A DNA stretch of 64,000 nucleotides from Squalus acanthias (Eukaryota): assembly GCA_030390025.1 (NCBI GenBank), contig CM059438.1, positions 70,558,001 through 70,622,000 of the forward strand. The letters are read 5' to 3'. A program made the position numbers and the translations under genes. The notes beneath the pieces are model-generated. The model was not told the origin of the DNA and did not search any database. It worked only from the letters and a program-made list of their open reading frames with translations. How positions within the stretch are numbered: the stretch's first letter is position 1; each line of letters starts with the position of its first letter. Of this stretch, positions 38,824 through 51,020 are shown in pieces.

Positions 38824-39996
38824 TTAAGTAAATTGGCCATGATGAGGCCATCCTGGGCAGCAATGTGCGCCGCTGTTGGTGTCATCTCCATCTCAGGTTC
38901 CTCCTCCTCCTCCTCCTCTGAAGAGGCTGTGCGCTCTGCGCCTTGCTCCTCCTGTAGCTCCAATCCTTGCTGCGCTATGTTGTGCAGCGCCCAGCAAACG
39001 ATGATGATTCTGGAGTCCCTGGCTGGTGCTTACTGAAGGGCTCCTCCAGATATGTCAAGGCATCTGAAGCACATATTCAGCATGCCTATTGTTTGCTCTG
39101 TTACACATCTGGTGGAGATATGGCTCTCATTATAACGCTCCTCGGCCTCAGTACTTGGCGTCCTCAAGAGTGTCATGAGCCACATCTTCAGTTGATAGCC
39201 CTTGTCTCCAAACAGCCAGCCAGTAAGTCTGTTTGGAGGTGCGAAGAGCTGAGGGAGGGTGGACTAGCGCAGCATGAAAGAGTCATGACAGCTGCCAGGG
39301 AATCTGGTGCACACATGTATGCTCAACTTTTTTATGGTTGCAGACGAGCTGCACATTGAGGGAGTGGAAACCCTTGCGGTTCATAAACACTCCTGGGTGA
39401 TGATGGGGTGCCTTCATGGCCAAATGTGTGCTATCAATGATGCCCTGCACCTGTGGGAAGTCAGCCAGAGCCGCAAAGCCGAGCACCCACTCAGTAACAC
39501 TGGCCTCATCAGTGGCAAAGTTGATATAATTGGCTGACTTGTGAAACATGGCATCAGTCACCTGGGTGATGCATCTGTGAGCAGCTGACTGTGAGATCCT
39601 GCAAATGTCTGCTGCAGATCCCTGGAAGGAGCCTGAGGCGAAGAAGTTGAGGGCGGTGGTGACTTTGACAGTCACTGGTAAGGCGTGGCCACCAGGACCT
39701 ATGGGCAGCAGGTCTTGTTCCAGCAAGCTACAAATGTCTGCGACGACCTGGCGCGATAGCCTGAGCCTCCTTTGGCACTGCTACTCAGTCATGTTGAGGA
39801 AGCTCATCCTCTGCCTGTATACCCTGTATTTGGGGTATCACCTCCGGCACGCTGCAGCCCTGTGCTGCCCCCTTCTCCCCTGTGGCACATCAGGTCGTTG
39901 AGGAGAAGGCTGCTGATGTGGCTGCTGCTGCTGGTGGTGGGGCTAATCTTGGTCCGATTCTGAGGACCAAGGTGAGACAGTATAAGCGGCACCCAT
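38824..39996 (-). pseudogene. HARBI1-like Harbinger DDE transposase, disrupted
   Basis: [48 protein letters not shown] and GDKGY motifs across shifted frames. Acidic C-terminal run. Confidence 0.9.
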
Positions 39997-41528
39997 GCTG
40001 ATGTAGTAGATGGCAGGTCAAGTGGAGATCAGAGGGCCAATCCCTCAGTGTTCTGATACTGAGTAGCAATGTGGTGAGAGTGGCTTCCGAGGTTGCAGAA
40101 ATGACCCGGAAACTGCTGACACCTAAATCTGTAGACAAAACGGAGTCGGCAAGAGCCTTTCCATGAGGCAAGTAATGAGGTGTAATGTTGGAGTATTTAT
40201 GTGCTTTTCCCAGCTCTCAATGAATGGGCTCACCAATGGCCACTGAGCTTCCGCCTCCCCTTCACAGGCGACGTACCCGAGCTGCGTGAATCCCGTGCTC
40301 CTGCAGTAAAAGTCAAAAGCTGGTGTTAAAAACCCTCTTGAGCGTCTCTCAACAAGCAGTTAATGACTTGAATGAGGTCGCCCGCCTCTGCCGATCGGGT
40401 CCGTGTCGCGCCTTCAGAGCCGCCCGAGTTAAATGCGAGAGGCGGCGGGATGACGCCAGGTTCCCGACGCGCTCGCAATTTCCGGGAATTTTTCTGTCGA
40501 CCCGCCCCCAAACCCGCATGCTCGGCAATGGGAAATCTCCGGCCAATGAGTTAAAGTAAGAGACGGAGCGATGGATTTTAACTGTCACACAGTGAGGATG
40601 CAGAAAGACGTGAGGGATTATGGGGAACAAGAGAAGGAAGTTCAGAGCAGCATCGATATCAGATGTAGTATCAATAAAATGAAGAGGGACAATAAAGATT
40701 ACGACAGCGTGAAAGATTGGAGGACAGAGCCAGCCGTCGGCTTTTTCTGGATGAGATGCTATGTTAAAAATCCTGACCTTCAATTGTGGTATCTTTTTCA
40801 CCTCACAATGATTCTTGGCAAAATTTCAGCAGTAACAGCCACAAATATTCACTTCGTTAGGGGCATTCATTATTACCATTTCTAAACGATTATTCACAGG
40901 TTCAGTTGAAGGTCACCTTGTCAGGTCGAACTGTGTTAAGTGGCCAAATGCAAGAGTTTCCAATGCATTGTGTGTAACTTTCGCTAAAGTTTGTATTGCC
41001 ACGCAGGCTAAAGAGTTTAGTCATTTTCAGTTGATAAGACGTTACACAGAAGACAAAGGAGGAGAAATTGGGCACCTTAGCACCTCCCGTTAGCGCCTCC
41101 GAGGGGGCGCTACTGGCTTTGCGGCCGGGCGCGGCGATAGTACCGACGCTCGCAAAATTCAAGTGGAGGTTTGTGGCGGCGGTAACCACTAGCGCCAGGC
41201 TGTCCTGCGGCCCGAGATCGTGACATCATCTGGGTGCGCAGCGCCCCCCACTCTGAAATTCACTCTCGCCCCCTGCCTGAGCGCCTGCCGTTAGCAATGA
41301 CAGGTAGAGGAGGCGGAATGCAGTCGGATGAGTGCTGGAGGAGCGCTATATAAAGGCGTCAACTTCCGTTTTTTTTGTCGGGAAAGAATGCTGCCTTGTC
41401 AGTTTGACAAAAGCAAACAAGCGTTTTGAGCGATTTGAACATCCTCAACTTGAAGGAGTATTCTGGCTGAGAAAAATGTATCACTTTCATTTGGGTTACA
41501 TTTGATAGTGCAACATTTCCATCATTTA

Positions 41529-42677
41529 ATGGGGGCTGTACTGGCACTGGACCTCGCCCTCCAGCGTCATCGTCAGAGGCAGTGGAGGCAGAGAGAAAGA
41601 TTGCAAAATGTGGCCAGAGGGAGGAGGGCCAACAGGGCTCTCAACAGGAGGCCTTACCCTCCCAGGGTATTCCGGCAGCATTTCTCCGACATCAATCTCA
41701 CTGAGGAGCAGTGTGTTAGAAGGCTCTGCTTCACCAAGGAGGTGGTCACAGAGCTCTGCCACCTCCTGCAGCCAGACCTCGAGCCTCACATCAGGAGCAC
41801 CACGTCTCTCTCAGTGGCAGTCAAGGTCACCATCGCCCTCAATTTCTAAGCCAGCGGATCCTTACAGTGTGCAACAGGAGACATATCTAACATATCGCAG
41901 TTCGCTGTCCATTGCTGCATCTGTGAGGTCACAGATGCTCTCTACAGAAGGAGAAGGGACTACATTTCCTTCCCCATGACCAGAGAGAAGCAGTGTGAGC
42001 ATGCATGTGGCTTTGCCAGGATAGCAGGCTTCCCCCATGGTGCAGGGCGCCATTGACTGCACCCACGTCACTTTGCGGGCACCTCATAACAATCCTGAGG
42101 TATTCTGTAACCGCAAAGGCTTAATGTGCAGTTGGTGTGCGACCACACACAGTGCATCCTCACTGTCAATGCCCGTTATCCTGGCAGCAGCCATGATGCC
42201 TTTATCCTGCGCCAGACCGGTGTGCCAGCACTCTTCCAGCCACCACATCGAGCTAGCGGATGGCTGCTGGGAGACATGGGCTATCCGCTCTCCACCTGGC
42301 TCATGACTCCCCTCCGCAACCCCAGCACTCGTTCCCAACACGCATACAATGAGAAACATGCTGCCACCAGGAACATCATTGAGAAGACCATCCAAGTGTT
42401 CAAGCAACGGTTCCGCTCCACAGCATTGACTGCTCGGGAAGAGTACTCGGCTATGCGGGTGTCCCTTTTCATCGCCGTCTACTGCATGCTGCACAACCTG
42501 ACCATCATGAGGGTGCAGCCATTGCCACCAGGCATAGCTGCACCACCTCAGGAGGAGGAGGAGGATGACAAGGAAGAGGAAGAGAAGGAGGAGGAGGAGG
42601 AGGAACAGGAGCACGTTCAGCAGCGGCCTTGTGGAAGGGCAGTCCGTGACCGCCTCATCAGACTGCGGTGCCAATGA
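41529..42677 (+). pseudogene. HARBI1-like Harbinger DDE transposase, disrupted
   Basis: LSVAVKVTIALNF*, GAIDCTHV, ARYPGSSHDAFIL, LLGDMGYPL and RNIIEKTI motifs. In-frame stop at 41847-41849 plus frameshifts. Confidence 0.92.
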
Positions 42678-42842
42678 ATTCGAGGCCACTTCCCGGTTGC
42701 TAATCTAGTCCCCATCATTCCATCAATTTCTCATTCCAGACCACACCCCAAAGCTGAAATGAGACACGGCACCATTTCTGCAACATTTCAATAAGAAATG
42801 TATCCAAATTCAGCAACCACATATATACAGCAACAATATTAA

Positions 42843-44728
42843 CTAATGACCCTTGTGCAAACCCTTACTTGCCCTCTTTGCAGTGCTTTTTCCTAATCTA
42901 GTGCTCCTACGTAGTGTCTCCCCAGTGGCTGCAGCAGGGCTGGTGGAAGGCTGCTGAGTGTCGGTGCCAGAAACTTCAGATGGCCTTGTAGGACGCCCTC
43001 GACTAGCTCTGGGCCTGGAAGGCCCGGCTGTAAACTGCACCACCTCAGGATGGGTGGCGGCAGTCTGGGATGGCTGGATGACAGGCAGCGGCAAGGGCAA
43101 TGGCGGAGTGGCAGTGGTGGGAACAGGAATGCTCTCATCCTGAGAGATGACAGCAGGTTCCTGCTCCATTGACCCACTGCCACTCCCCCGGGGCAGCAGC
43201 TCAGCGTCCCCACCAATCTGCTGCATCACAGATTGCTGGGCTGCTGCGACACCGTGAGATCCCCGGTGGACTGTGGTGGTCCCAGCGACAATGGCAGCAG
43301 TCAGAGCTTTCGTGACATCAAGCTGAGACTGCATGAGAGCAGTCTGAGACTGGATGGCATCAACCATTGATTGCATTACAGCACTAAGACGTTGCATAGC
43401 TTCCACCTGTGCTGCAATGGATGCTGCCACATTGCCCATGGCACGTGGCATGAAGTCCGGGTCCCCACGGTCTCTCAGGGAGTCCACCATCCTTCGCTGA
43501 CTGCCAAGGATGGGCTCAATGGTGTGCGCAGAGCTCTGTGCAATGTTGGAGGCGGACTCCTCCACGCTCCTTACCATTGCTGACAGGCTCTCAGGTACCC
43601 TTGCCATTGCACCTATCATCTCCCTGTGCATGCCCATCACCCTTCTTGTGAGCACCTCCCCATTGAGGTCCTCATCTGAGTCTTGCGCAGCAGAACTCGC
43701 ACGCGAACTCGCTCTCCGGGGACCTGGCTCCCAAGCTGCCCTTTCCCCCTGGCCTTGCTGCAGCCCGCTCGTCCCCGGTGCATCACCCAGTGCAGACCCC
43801 TCGACTAAACTTGCCTCTAAAGATCGCGTAGTGCCAGTATCTGAGGTGGCGCCTGCAGGTGATAGATGCAGTGACGCGGTGCTTTGCTCCTCCTCCTCTC
43901 CTCCTTCCTCACTCTCAGTGGGAGGCTCAAGGACAGGCTAGTTATCTGGTTGCTGATTCTCTGAAAGCATAAAGGCACAAGACTCACGTTAAGGTGAGGG
44001 AAGGTGGGCAGGAAGGGAGCAAGGAATACAGACAGTATCAGGAGCTGGAAATTGGGAAAGGCTTGTGGTGTGAGGGGGAAGTAGGATGAGAGACGGAGAG
44101 GGGATGAACATACCGTCGTTGCCCCCAAGGGGGTCGACGTTGCCGATGGCCACACTGCGCACCAACTGCTGCCGAATGAGTCGCAGCACTCGCTCCTCCA
44201 GGTCTGAAAGCTGCTGGAGCTGTTACGTGCTGCTCCCTCCTATTGTGAGCCATCTTGGCCTGCAAGAGAAACGAATGTGTGTGAGTCAGAGTCCAGCTAT
44301 GAGTTTGGGAGATATGCCTGCTGTAGTTGAATAGCTGTGCTTGTAGGCAAGGTGTGAGATGTGGATGTGAGTTTGAGTAGGTGCAGATGCTTGGTGGGTG
44401 AGTGGTGGGGTGTGGTGGTTTGTGCAGTGTGTACAGACTGAGATTCAGATGTTGGTATGTTGGACCTGCTGAAGCATGTACTCACCTTGACCACCCAAGT
44501 GAGGTCGCTGAATTTCTTCTGGCACTGTGTCAGGCTGTGTACGACCACACTACTGGCCGAGACCTCCTGGGCCACTTCCCTCCACATTGCCCTGAATACC
44601 TGGGGCAATGGTCTCCTTCCAGTATGCGGGAACATCACTGCCCTCCTTCGCTCCACTCCCGCGACCAATGCCTCCAATGCCTCGTCCGTGAAACAACAAG
44701 CTCTCTCCCTGGGAGTGGGATCAGCCAT
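42843..44728 (-). pseudogene. Harbinger Myb/SANT-like protein, 3 exons (about 44728-44486, 44259-44114, 43960-42843)
   Basis: MADPTPRERACCFTDEALEALVAGVERRRAVMFP...MWREVAQEV...QCQKKFSDL. AG|GTGAGT and G|GTATGT donors, TTGCAG and TTTCAG acceptors. C-terminus AGPSRPRASRGRP...LRRSTR is homologous to element A. Confidence 0.78.
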
Positions 44729-45304
44729 CACGATCAGGGGATTGAGTTGGTTGCAGGTCGCCTTCACAGCCAGCAATGTTGATAATGAGGACCTGCACAA
44801 TGATGCAACCTCCCCTTTAAGAGCTGGAAGGGGCCAGTGTGAAGGATCATTCCCAATTACATAGCACCTGAAATTCATTATCGCTCTGCTGGTAGCGACC
44901 TGGAGCGCCCTGCGTAGGTCATTAGCACTGGATTTAGCGCTCCAGCTCTTTCCAGGAGCGTTAAAAGCCAATTTAGGGAAAGCTCAGACTCGTTAGTGCC
45001 TGGCGCTAATTTTTCACGATTTCAAAATTTAGCGGCCCAAACGGGGCGATACCGAATTTCTCCCCCAAAATGTTTAACAATTCCATTACTTTAGTATAGG
45101 AGAATGTTACTGTAGGAGGGAGTTATTGCAGTGTAAATCATCTTATCTCCTCATACCTCCCAAAGCCTGTGTTTTTCTCCTGACCAACTCCTGGCTCAGA
45201 AATATAATCCTATGTGGATAGTTATTCTGCAAATCTCAACTGCTAAGTGTTATGTAAAAAGGAAACGATGCACCCAAGAATGATGTTATGGAATACTAGT
45301 ATAT

Positions 45305-45500
45305 AAATAGTGATGGATACAGATTCAATAGTAGCCTTCAAAAGGAAATTGGATAAATATTTGAAGGAGAAATAATTGCAGGAATATAGGGAAAGAGCGG
45401 GGGAGCGGGACTAACTGGATTGCTCTTCGGAAGTGCCGACGCAGACTCGATGAGCTGAATGGCCTCCTTCTGTGCTGTATAATTCTATGATTCTATGATA
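45305..45500 (+). mobile_element. CR1 3' end fragment
   Basis: GATACAGATTCAATAGTAGCCTTCAAAAGG...GAATGGCCTCCTTCTGTGCTG and (TTCTATGA)n tail. Confidence 0.8.
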
Positions 45501-45799
45501 CTTGAACTTTCAGTTTTCCACAACGTTTGAACAGTTTCAACCTCATTGTTTTGGGGAGGAACTAAATGGGGCAAGGCATAATCCCACTGGGAGTGATAAC
45601 CAGTGAGACTCATATCTGGGCCTCGTAGTGGCTGACTTAGAGTAACATTGGCAGAGGCCTGGGAACAGGCCACTCATCTTCCCTCTCAGCCTCAGGTTTT
45701 GTATGATCTGAAGGGGTTGTATGATAGAGGAACAAAAAAAGAAAAATTATACCAATATCTATTGTTCAATGGAGATATTCTCCCAGTCAAGACTTGTCA

Positions 45800-46050
45800 G
45801 TGGTGTCAACAGAGCTACCACTCAATGTCTCCACCATGGTGGAGGTAGACTTGCAACAATTGACCTCAGTGCCCTGGGCCCATGAGTGGAAAAATCAGCC
45901 AGGGTCGTCATCTTTGTTTACTATTCCGCAGCTCTTGCTGGATTGTGCATGTCTGTTGATGTTGAGGGAGAACAGGCCTGTGATTCCCCACAAACCACGC
46001 CTGCAGATACTCACTGTCCAAGCTTACTGATGAAAGGTTTTCTAATCACA
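45800..46050 (+). mobile_element. Second-family SINE fragment
   Basis: ACAATTGACCTCAGTGCCCTGGGC...AAAAATCAGCCAGGGT...CTCACTGTCCAAGCTTAC. Confidence 0.45.
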
Positions 46051-46399
46051 ACGTTGATAGTAACCCATGTCAGCTTGCATGGTTGGTGGGAGGTATCACA
46101 GTTGATTATAATCTGATTTCAAGGCTACTTTGGAGAGGTACTGGCGCATGTAAAATCCAGGATGAGTCCACACCTTCAGGAAAGGAAGAGAGGGAATTGC
46201 AAATGTAAAGGAACAAAAAAAAGCAACGTGACTAAACCGTTTCAGGGGATATTTTGTACATATTATTGGTACTGACAGAGCAGGTGTGAGTACTGCCATA
46301 TGATCTTTTTGAAAAGAAGTGACCAAGAGGTGATAAGCTATTAAATGGTATACAAAAGACAAATGCTGAACACTACTTCATATTAAACTAACAATAGCG

Positions 46400-46630
46400 C
46401 ACATGTTCAAACTTGCAAAGGACAAATTTATTACCAATGTCAGGAAGTTCTTCTTCATGCTAAGATTGATCAAGGTGTGGAATGGACGTTTGAGTAGACT
46501 GGCGGAGGTAAATGTCCTGGAATAATTTGAGAAATGTCTGATGTTGTGATGGGGGAGCTTTAGGATTTTCTGGATGTATGAGCTAGGACGGTGTTCCTCA
46601 TCCACACTTATCTTGTGATGAGGACTCTTC
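46400..46630 (+). mobile_element. Old CR1 3' fragment
   Basis: GTCAGGAAGTTCTTCTTC...GTGTGGAATGGA corresponds to the CR1 ORF2 C-terminal RRxFF..VWN region. Confidence 0.55.
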
Positions 46631-46743
46631 ATAATCTCCATCTATGTTCCGAATTAATGTTCTTTCTCTTAGCCCTTTTGAGTCTTCAGCTTTACTCCTC
46701 TTAGTTCGCCCCTCTTTTAGTCTTTTAATTCCTCCAGGTTAAT

Positions 46744-47032
46744 AAAGAAAGACATTTTTGCATTAGATAGTGCCTTTTATGACCTCAGAACGTCCCAAAG
46801 TGCTTTACATCCAATTAAGTACTTTTGAAGTGCAGTCACTGCTGCAATGTAGGAAACGCGGCTGCCAATTTGCGCACAGCATTGAGATAATGACCAGATA
46901 ATCTGTTTTAGTGATGTTGATTGAGGGATAAATATTGTCCAGGACACCGGGAAGAACTGCCCTGCTATTCTTCAAATATTGCCATGGGATCTTTTACATC
47001 CACCTGAGAGGGCAGACAGGGCCTCAGTTTGC
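46744..47032 (-). mobile_element. DeuSINE 3' half
   Basis: AAAG tail. GCCATGGGATCTTTTACATCCACCTGAGAGGGCAGACAGGGCCTC is the Deu core reversed. Confidence 0.8.
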
Positions 47033-48359
47033 AATCTGTGTTTATTTTTCCTGGTTGGTTACTCATCTTATAATTGGACAGTAACTGGCGTCAATGGAAC
47101 ATGCATATTGCACCCTTGCAAAAGGAGGGCAGATCATTAGCGGGTGGGAGCTGCAGCAATTTCAGTGCAAAGACTATAACCAGACAAACATGTCTTCCTG
47201 TTATAAGCACAGCAGATACTTATGATGCGAGAAGTATTATGTGAAACCATGTCTTATAAATTTTGTGTCCGCCTTACATTTTCTCTCAGGTTCAGTAGTA
47301 CTGGTCACACCTATAAATGATCCCTGTGTCTTGCGTTTAAGAGTGTGCCTGTACTGCCCAATGTCTAATCATACAATAGCATAACCCGGGGCATGACATT
47401 AGTACCCGCCTTGTGATCTGAAACTGCCTGTCTCCATTGACTTCAATGGAGAGTAAAATCAGACGGGGTGTAATACGGGTGGTTGACCCCAACCTGCCCA
47501 TTTCCCGCTGGGCGGGTTAGGTTAAAATTATATCAAGATGGCCCCATTTATTTTGAGAATAGCAAAAGATGGTTTCCAAGGGTCCACAGCCATGAAGGGG
47601 TCAGCCAATTAATTGGCAGCCCTACTGGCCAATTTCTGTTCAGGGAAAGGCTCACAGGTCAGCAGGTTAGAAGCTGACTCTGCCCACAAAACTGGTCACG
47701 CCCCCAGATCAAATTCATCACCATTGCAAGTTTCCTCTAATTGCACCCATTTGCCGGTCTTCGAGGAGGCTCTTAAAATTAAGGTTTTTTTTAGGACACT
47801 AATAGATACATTTTAAAAGCTTTTAAATATTATTATTTTAATTTACAAAGAAACTGACGACTGTACATCAATGTAACTAATAAATGGTTGTGTATAGCTT
47901 TTTTAAAGTCATTTTCAGTTATTTACAATCGAGTTATTCACAGGTGGTGGACTAGACACTCTGATTAAAAATGCTTATTTTTTGTGATAAACCCATTTTC
48001 AGCTGTATTAATCAAACTGCACCAGGTTACCACTCTTAGATATATCAAGGAATATTTTTTAATGCAAATATTTTAATTAAAAGTTTACATTCTAAAACAT
48101 TGCCCGATTGCACTGGTTCATGGCAGATTTTACATTCACAAAACTAGCGCAATTTGGGCCCGGACCGCCGATTGTGCCCAAAGCGGAAACTCTTGGCCAT
48201 GATATGCCTCACAAGAGCATTAATGAATAAACAGCTAGACTGTGGACTGATATTATAACAAATTATTGTAAAACATTACTAGTTTCATTTCTGATATGTT
48301 CACACTTCAATATGTTTAAAATGATACGTTGTGAATTTAAGAATAATAATCTTAATTAA

Positions 48360-49116
48360 GGGCTGGATTTTGTCGTTGGGGGCGGGACTGCTGGTTGTTG
48401 GGTTTCAGTCCCGCCCTCATCGACTACCAGCCAACCCACGCTATTTTCCCTTGATTGACCTTGTTCAGCCCGCCCAGCGGGCTTAGCTGGCCAATTAAGG
48501 AAAAGGCGGTGAAAGAGGACGTCAGTGTATGACGTTTCATCTGCCAAAAATTTTTGACAGATGAATTGTCAGCATTTGACAGCTTTGAGAAGCTTAAACA
48601 CTGACATTCTCTGTTCTAAGGTAAGTCCTTGTACAGAAGGCTCACCAAGACCTCTCTCCTTAGCAGAAATCAGATGGCTGCTGCATCTGAGAATGCAGCA
48701 GCCATTCTGTCATCTCTGCCATTGAGATGAGGCACCTCCGGATCCCCAAGCCTGCAGGTAGACGCAAAGGGAAGTAAACTTTTTCTAACACTTTACACTC
48801 ACCTCTCATACTTACCTCTCCACACTTGCACCCATCACTCACCTCCACAGCGGACGTTTCGACTTCTCTCACCCCCGCAGACCCACTGCTCGCCTCGCTG
48901 ACCCTTGCGAGGTTCGCAGCTGTCGGGAAGCCCGCACTTGCAGAGGTAAAATGGGGATAAGCCTCTTAACTGCCTGTTAACTACCTGTTAACAGGCAGTT
49001 AATTGGCTGTAATCCCCTTCCCGTCTCGAGGCTTCGGTACCCGCTCCCAGTTTCTGCCATTTTCCCTGCAGTCCCGCCTCCATACCCGCCTCCCCAGGGC
49101 TGGCAAAATTCCCCCC
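48360..49116. mobile_element. Harbinger-type MITE
   Basis: GGGCTGGATTTTG ... CAAAATTCCCCCC with canonical TAA TSD on both sides. Confidence 0.78.
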
Positions 49117-49186
49117 TAAATGTAGTGAATAAAGCTGTACTAAAAAAGATCTCTCCAATGACAATGAGCTGAATTGTGGAAACTTT

Positions 49187-49796
49187 GGGCTGGATTTTGA
49201 TGCTGGGGCGGGTTGGGGTTGTGTCATCCACTTTTCGTGTTATCCACCCGACTGCAATTGGATGTGGGAGATTGATGCGATTTTCACCTAATTGGGCAAT
49301 TGAGTTCCAGCATGTGGGAACCCATGAACCAATTAGTGTTTTCAGTCTGAAAGTCGCCTCTGATGATGTCATCATTGCTGCTGCATGGAAGGTCTGCAAA
49401 GACTGCCTGGCCTTTGCTGTGAGAGGACCTGGATGCAAAATGAGCAGCAGCCTTAAGTCTGCTCCCAGATATTTTTGCACCACCACTCCCAGATATTTTT
49501 GCACCACCACTTCCAGATATGTCTCCTCCACCACTCCTAGCCAGCCAAATGTGCTCCCGCCAGGTTTCACATTCGTGGTTCAGAACAGACGTGCTTCACG
49601 TAGAAAAAGGGTTAAAATCATAAAGGCCTTTCAAAATGGCATTATAGAGGCAGGAGTCGGGACCAGCAGACACGATTTAATGAAAATTGCGTGGAGGCGG
49701 GATGGAGGCGGACTTGTGCCCGCCCGCCAGTTTTCGCAATTTTAACCCCCCACACGCCTCCAAACCCGCCTCCACGGGTCAATGAAAATCCAGCCC
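49187..49796. mobile_element. Harbinger-type MITE with an internal 24-bp tandem repeat
   Basis: Perfect TIR GGGCTGGATTTT/AAAATCCAGCCC, TSD TTT. About three copies of CTCCCAGATATTTTTGCACCACCA at about 49463-49535. Confidence 0.88.
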
Positions 49797-50371
49797 TTTG
49801 TATTTGGTTCATGAAACACTGTTGAATATGGAAAGCTGATGTTTTGAAACATGTGTCACACTCAATATTTCTGGTTGCGCAAAGGTTTTTTTTCTACTCA
49901 TTCAACGATTCTGCAAAGTTACGACAAATTGCTAACAGAATAATCACAAGTGTGTTGTGCAATGGGAAGGGATAAATGGACCAGTTGAGAAAAAGCGTGT
50001 CTTTTGTCAAGTTAAGAAAAGTATAACGCGATCTGGGTTTCCTGACCGATAATCATCTGAGTGAAAGACGGTGTGGGTAATTTGCCGAACAAAAGGAACG
50101 TTCCCGTTAAAAAAGGATTATATTTTAGAAGAATATAAGTCATCTTCAGAAGGCTTGCTTTCCCTCGAAAGGTCCTCTTCCTGCTTTCCCATTCTACAAA
50201 ACACTCATAATTATTCTGAAAGCAGCTATTCTAACTTTTCTGCCTCCATGAATTCATCTGCTGAGACCTCCATTGCCCGGGCAGTTATTGGGCTTGCCTG
50301 ACCATTTTCTCCTGACACTCTTCAGCTCTGCACATTCCCACAGCTGGATTATTACTATTTTCAACATTTCT

Positions 50372-50848
50372 ACAACAACAACAACTTGTATTTATATAGC
50401 GCCTTTAACATAGTAAAACACCTCAAGGCGCTTCACAGGAGCGATTGTCAAACTAAATTTAACACCAAGCTACATAAAGAGATATTATGACAGGTGATCA
50501 AAAGCTTGGTCAAAGAGGCATGTTTTAATCAGCATCTTAAAATAGGGAGCAAAGTAGTGAGGCAGAGAGGTTTAGGGAGGGCATTCCAGAGCTTAGGGCC
50601 TTGGCAGCTGAATGTACGGCCGCCAATGGTGGAGCGAAGAAAATCAGGGATGCGCAAGAGGCCAGAATTGGAGGAGCACAGAGATGTCAGAGGGTTGTAG
50701 AGCTGGAGGAGGTTACAGAGATAGGAAGGGGCGAGGCCATGAAGGGATTTGAAAACAAGGAAGAGAATTTTAAAATCGAGGTATTGCCGGACCGGGAGCT
50801 AATGTAGGTCAGTGAGTACAGGGGTAATGGGTGAATCGGACTTGGTCC
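50372..50848 (-). mobile_element. L2-type LINE 3' end fragment
   Basis: Same family as 30016-30437, (AAC)n tail. Confidence 0.82.
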
Positions 50849-50917
50849 TAGCAGCAAGGCTGTTCAGGTTAGGGTTAGCTGATGAAAAACAATGAGACCT
50901 GCATAATTAAAAGTACA

Positions 50918-51020
50918 AATAAAAACATAAATGCTGGAAATACTCAGCAGGTCAGGCAGCATCTGTAGAGAGAGAAACAGAGTTAACGTTTCAGGTCAAT
51001 GACCTTTCGTCAGAACTGGA
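50918..51020 (-). mobile_element. About 100-bp PLE-type module with an intact minimal hammerhead motif (50981-51017)
   Basis: agtt-CTGACGA-a-AGGTC-att-GACCT-GAAA-CG-TT-aact. Possible TSD AAAAGTACA/AAAAGTTCA. Confidence 0.75.

Larger units (their letters stand above)
36373..40544. mobile_element. PIF/Harbinger transposon A, full-length but decayed
   Basis: TSD AAT on both sides, imperfect TIR GGCAGAAATTT / AAATCTCCGGCC, convergent Myb and transposase genes. Confidence 0.88.
41058..45066. mobile_element. PIF/Harbinger transposon B, full-length but decayed
   Basis: TIR GGAGGAGAAATT / AATTTCTCCCCC, TSD AAA, transposase on + and Myb gene on -. Confidence 0.92.

Noticed and set aside
38824..42677. 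Domesticated host HARBI1/NAIF1 genes
   Set aside because: Stops and frameshifts, flanking TIRs/TSDs and multiple paralogues indicate transposon relics.
47385..48200. Additional MITE(s)
   Set aside because: MITE-like GC patches are present, but matching TIR pairs and TSDs could not be established.
48977..49745. 189-197 aa ORFs with repeated PRYFCTTT
   Set aside because: They lie largely in MITE sequence and arise from a 24-bp tandem repeat.
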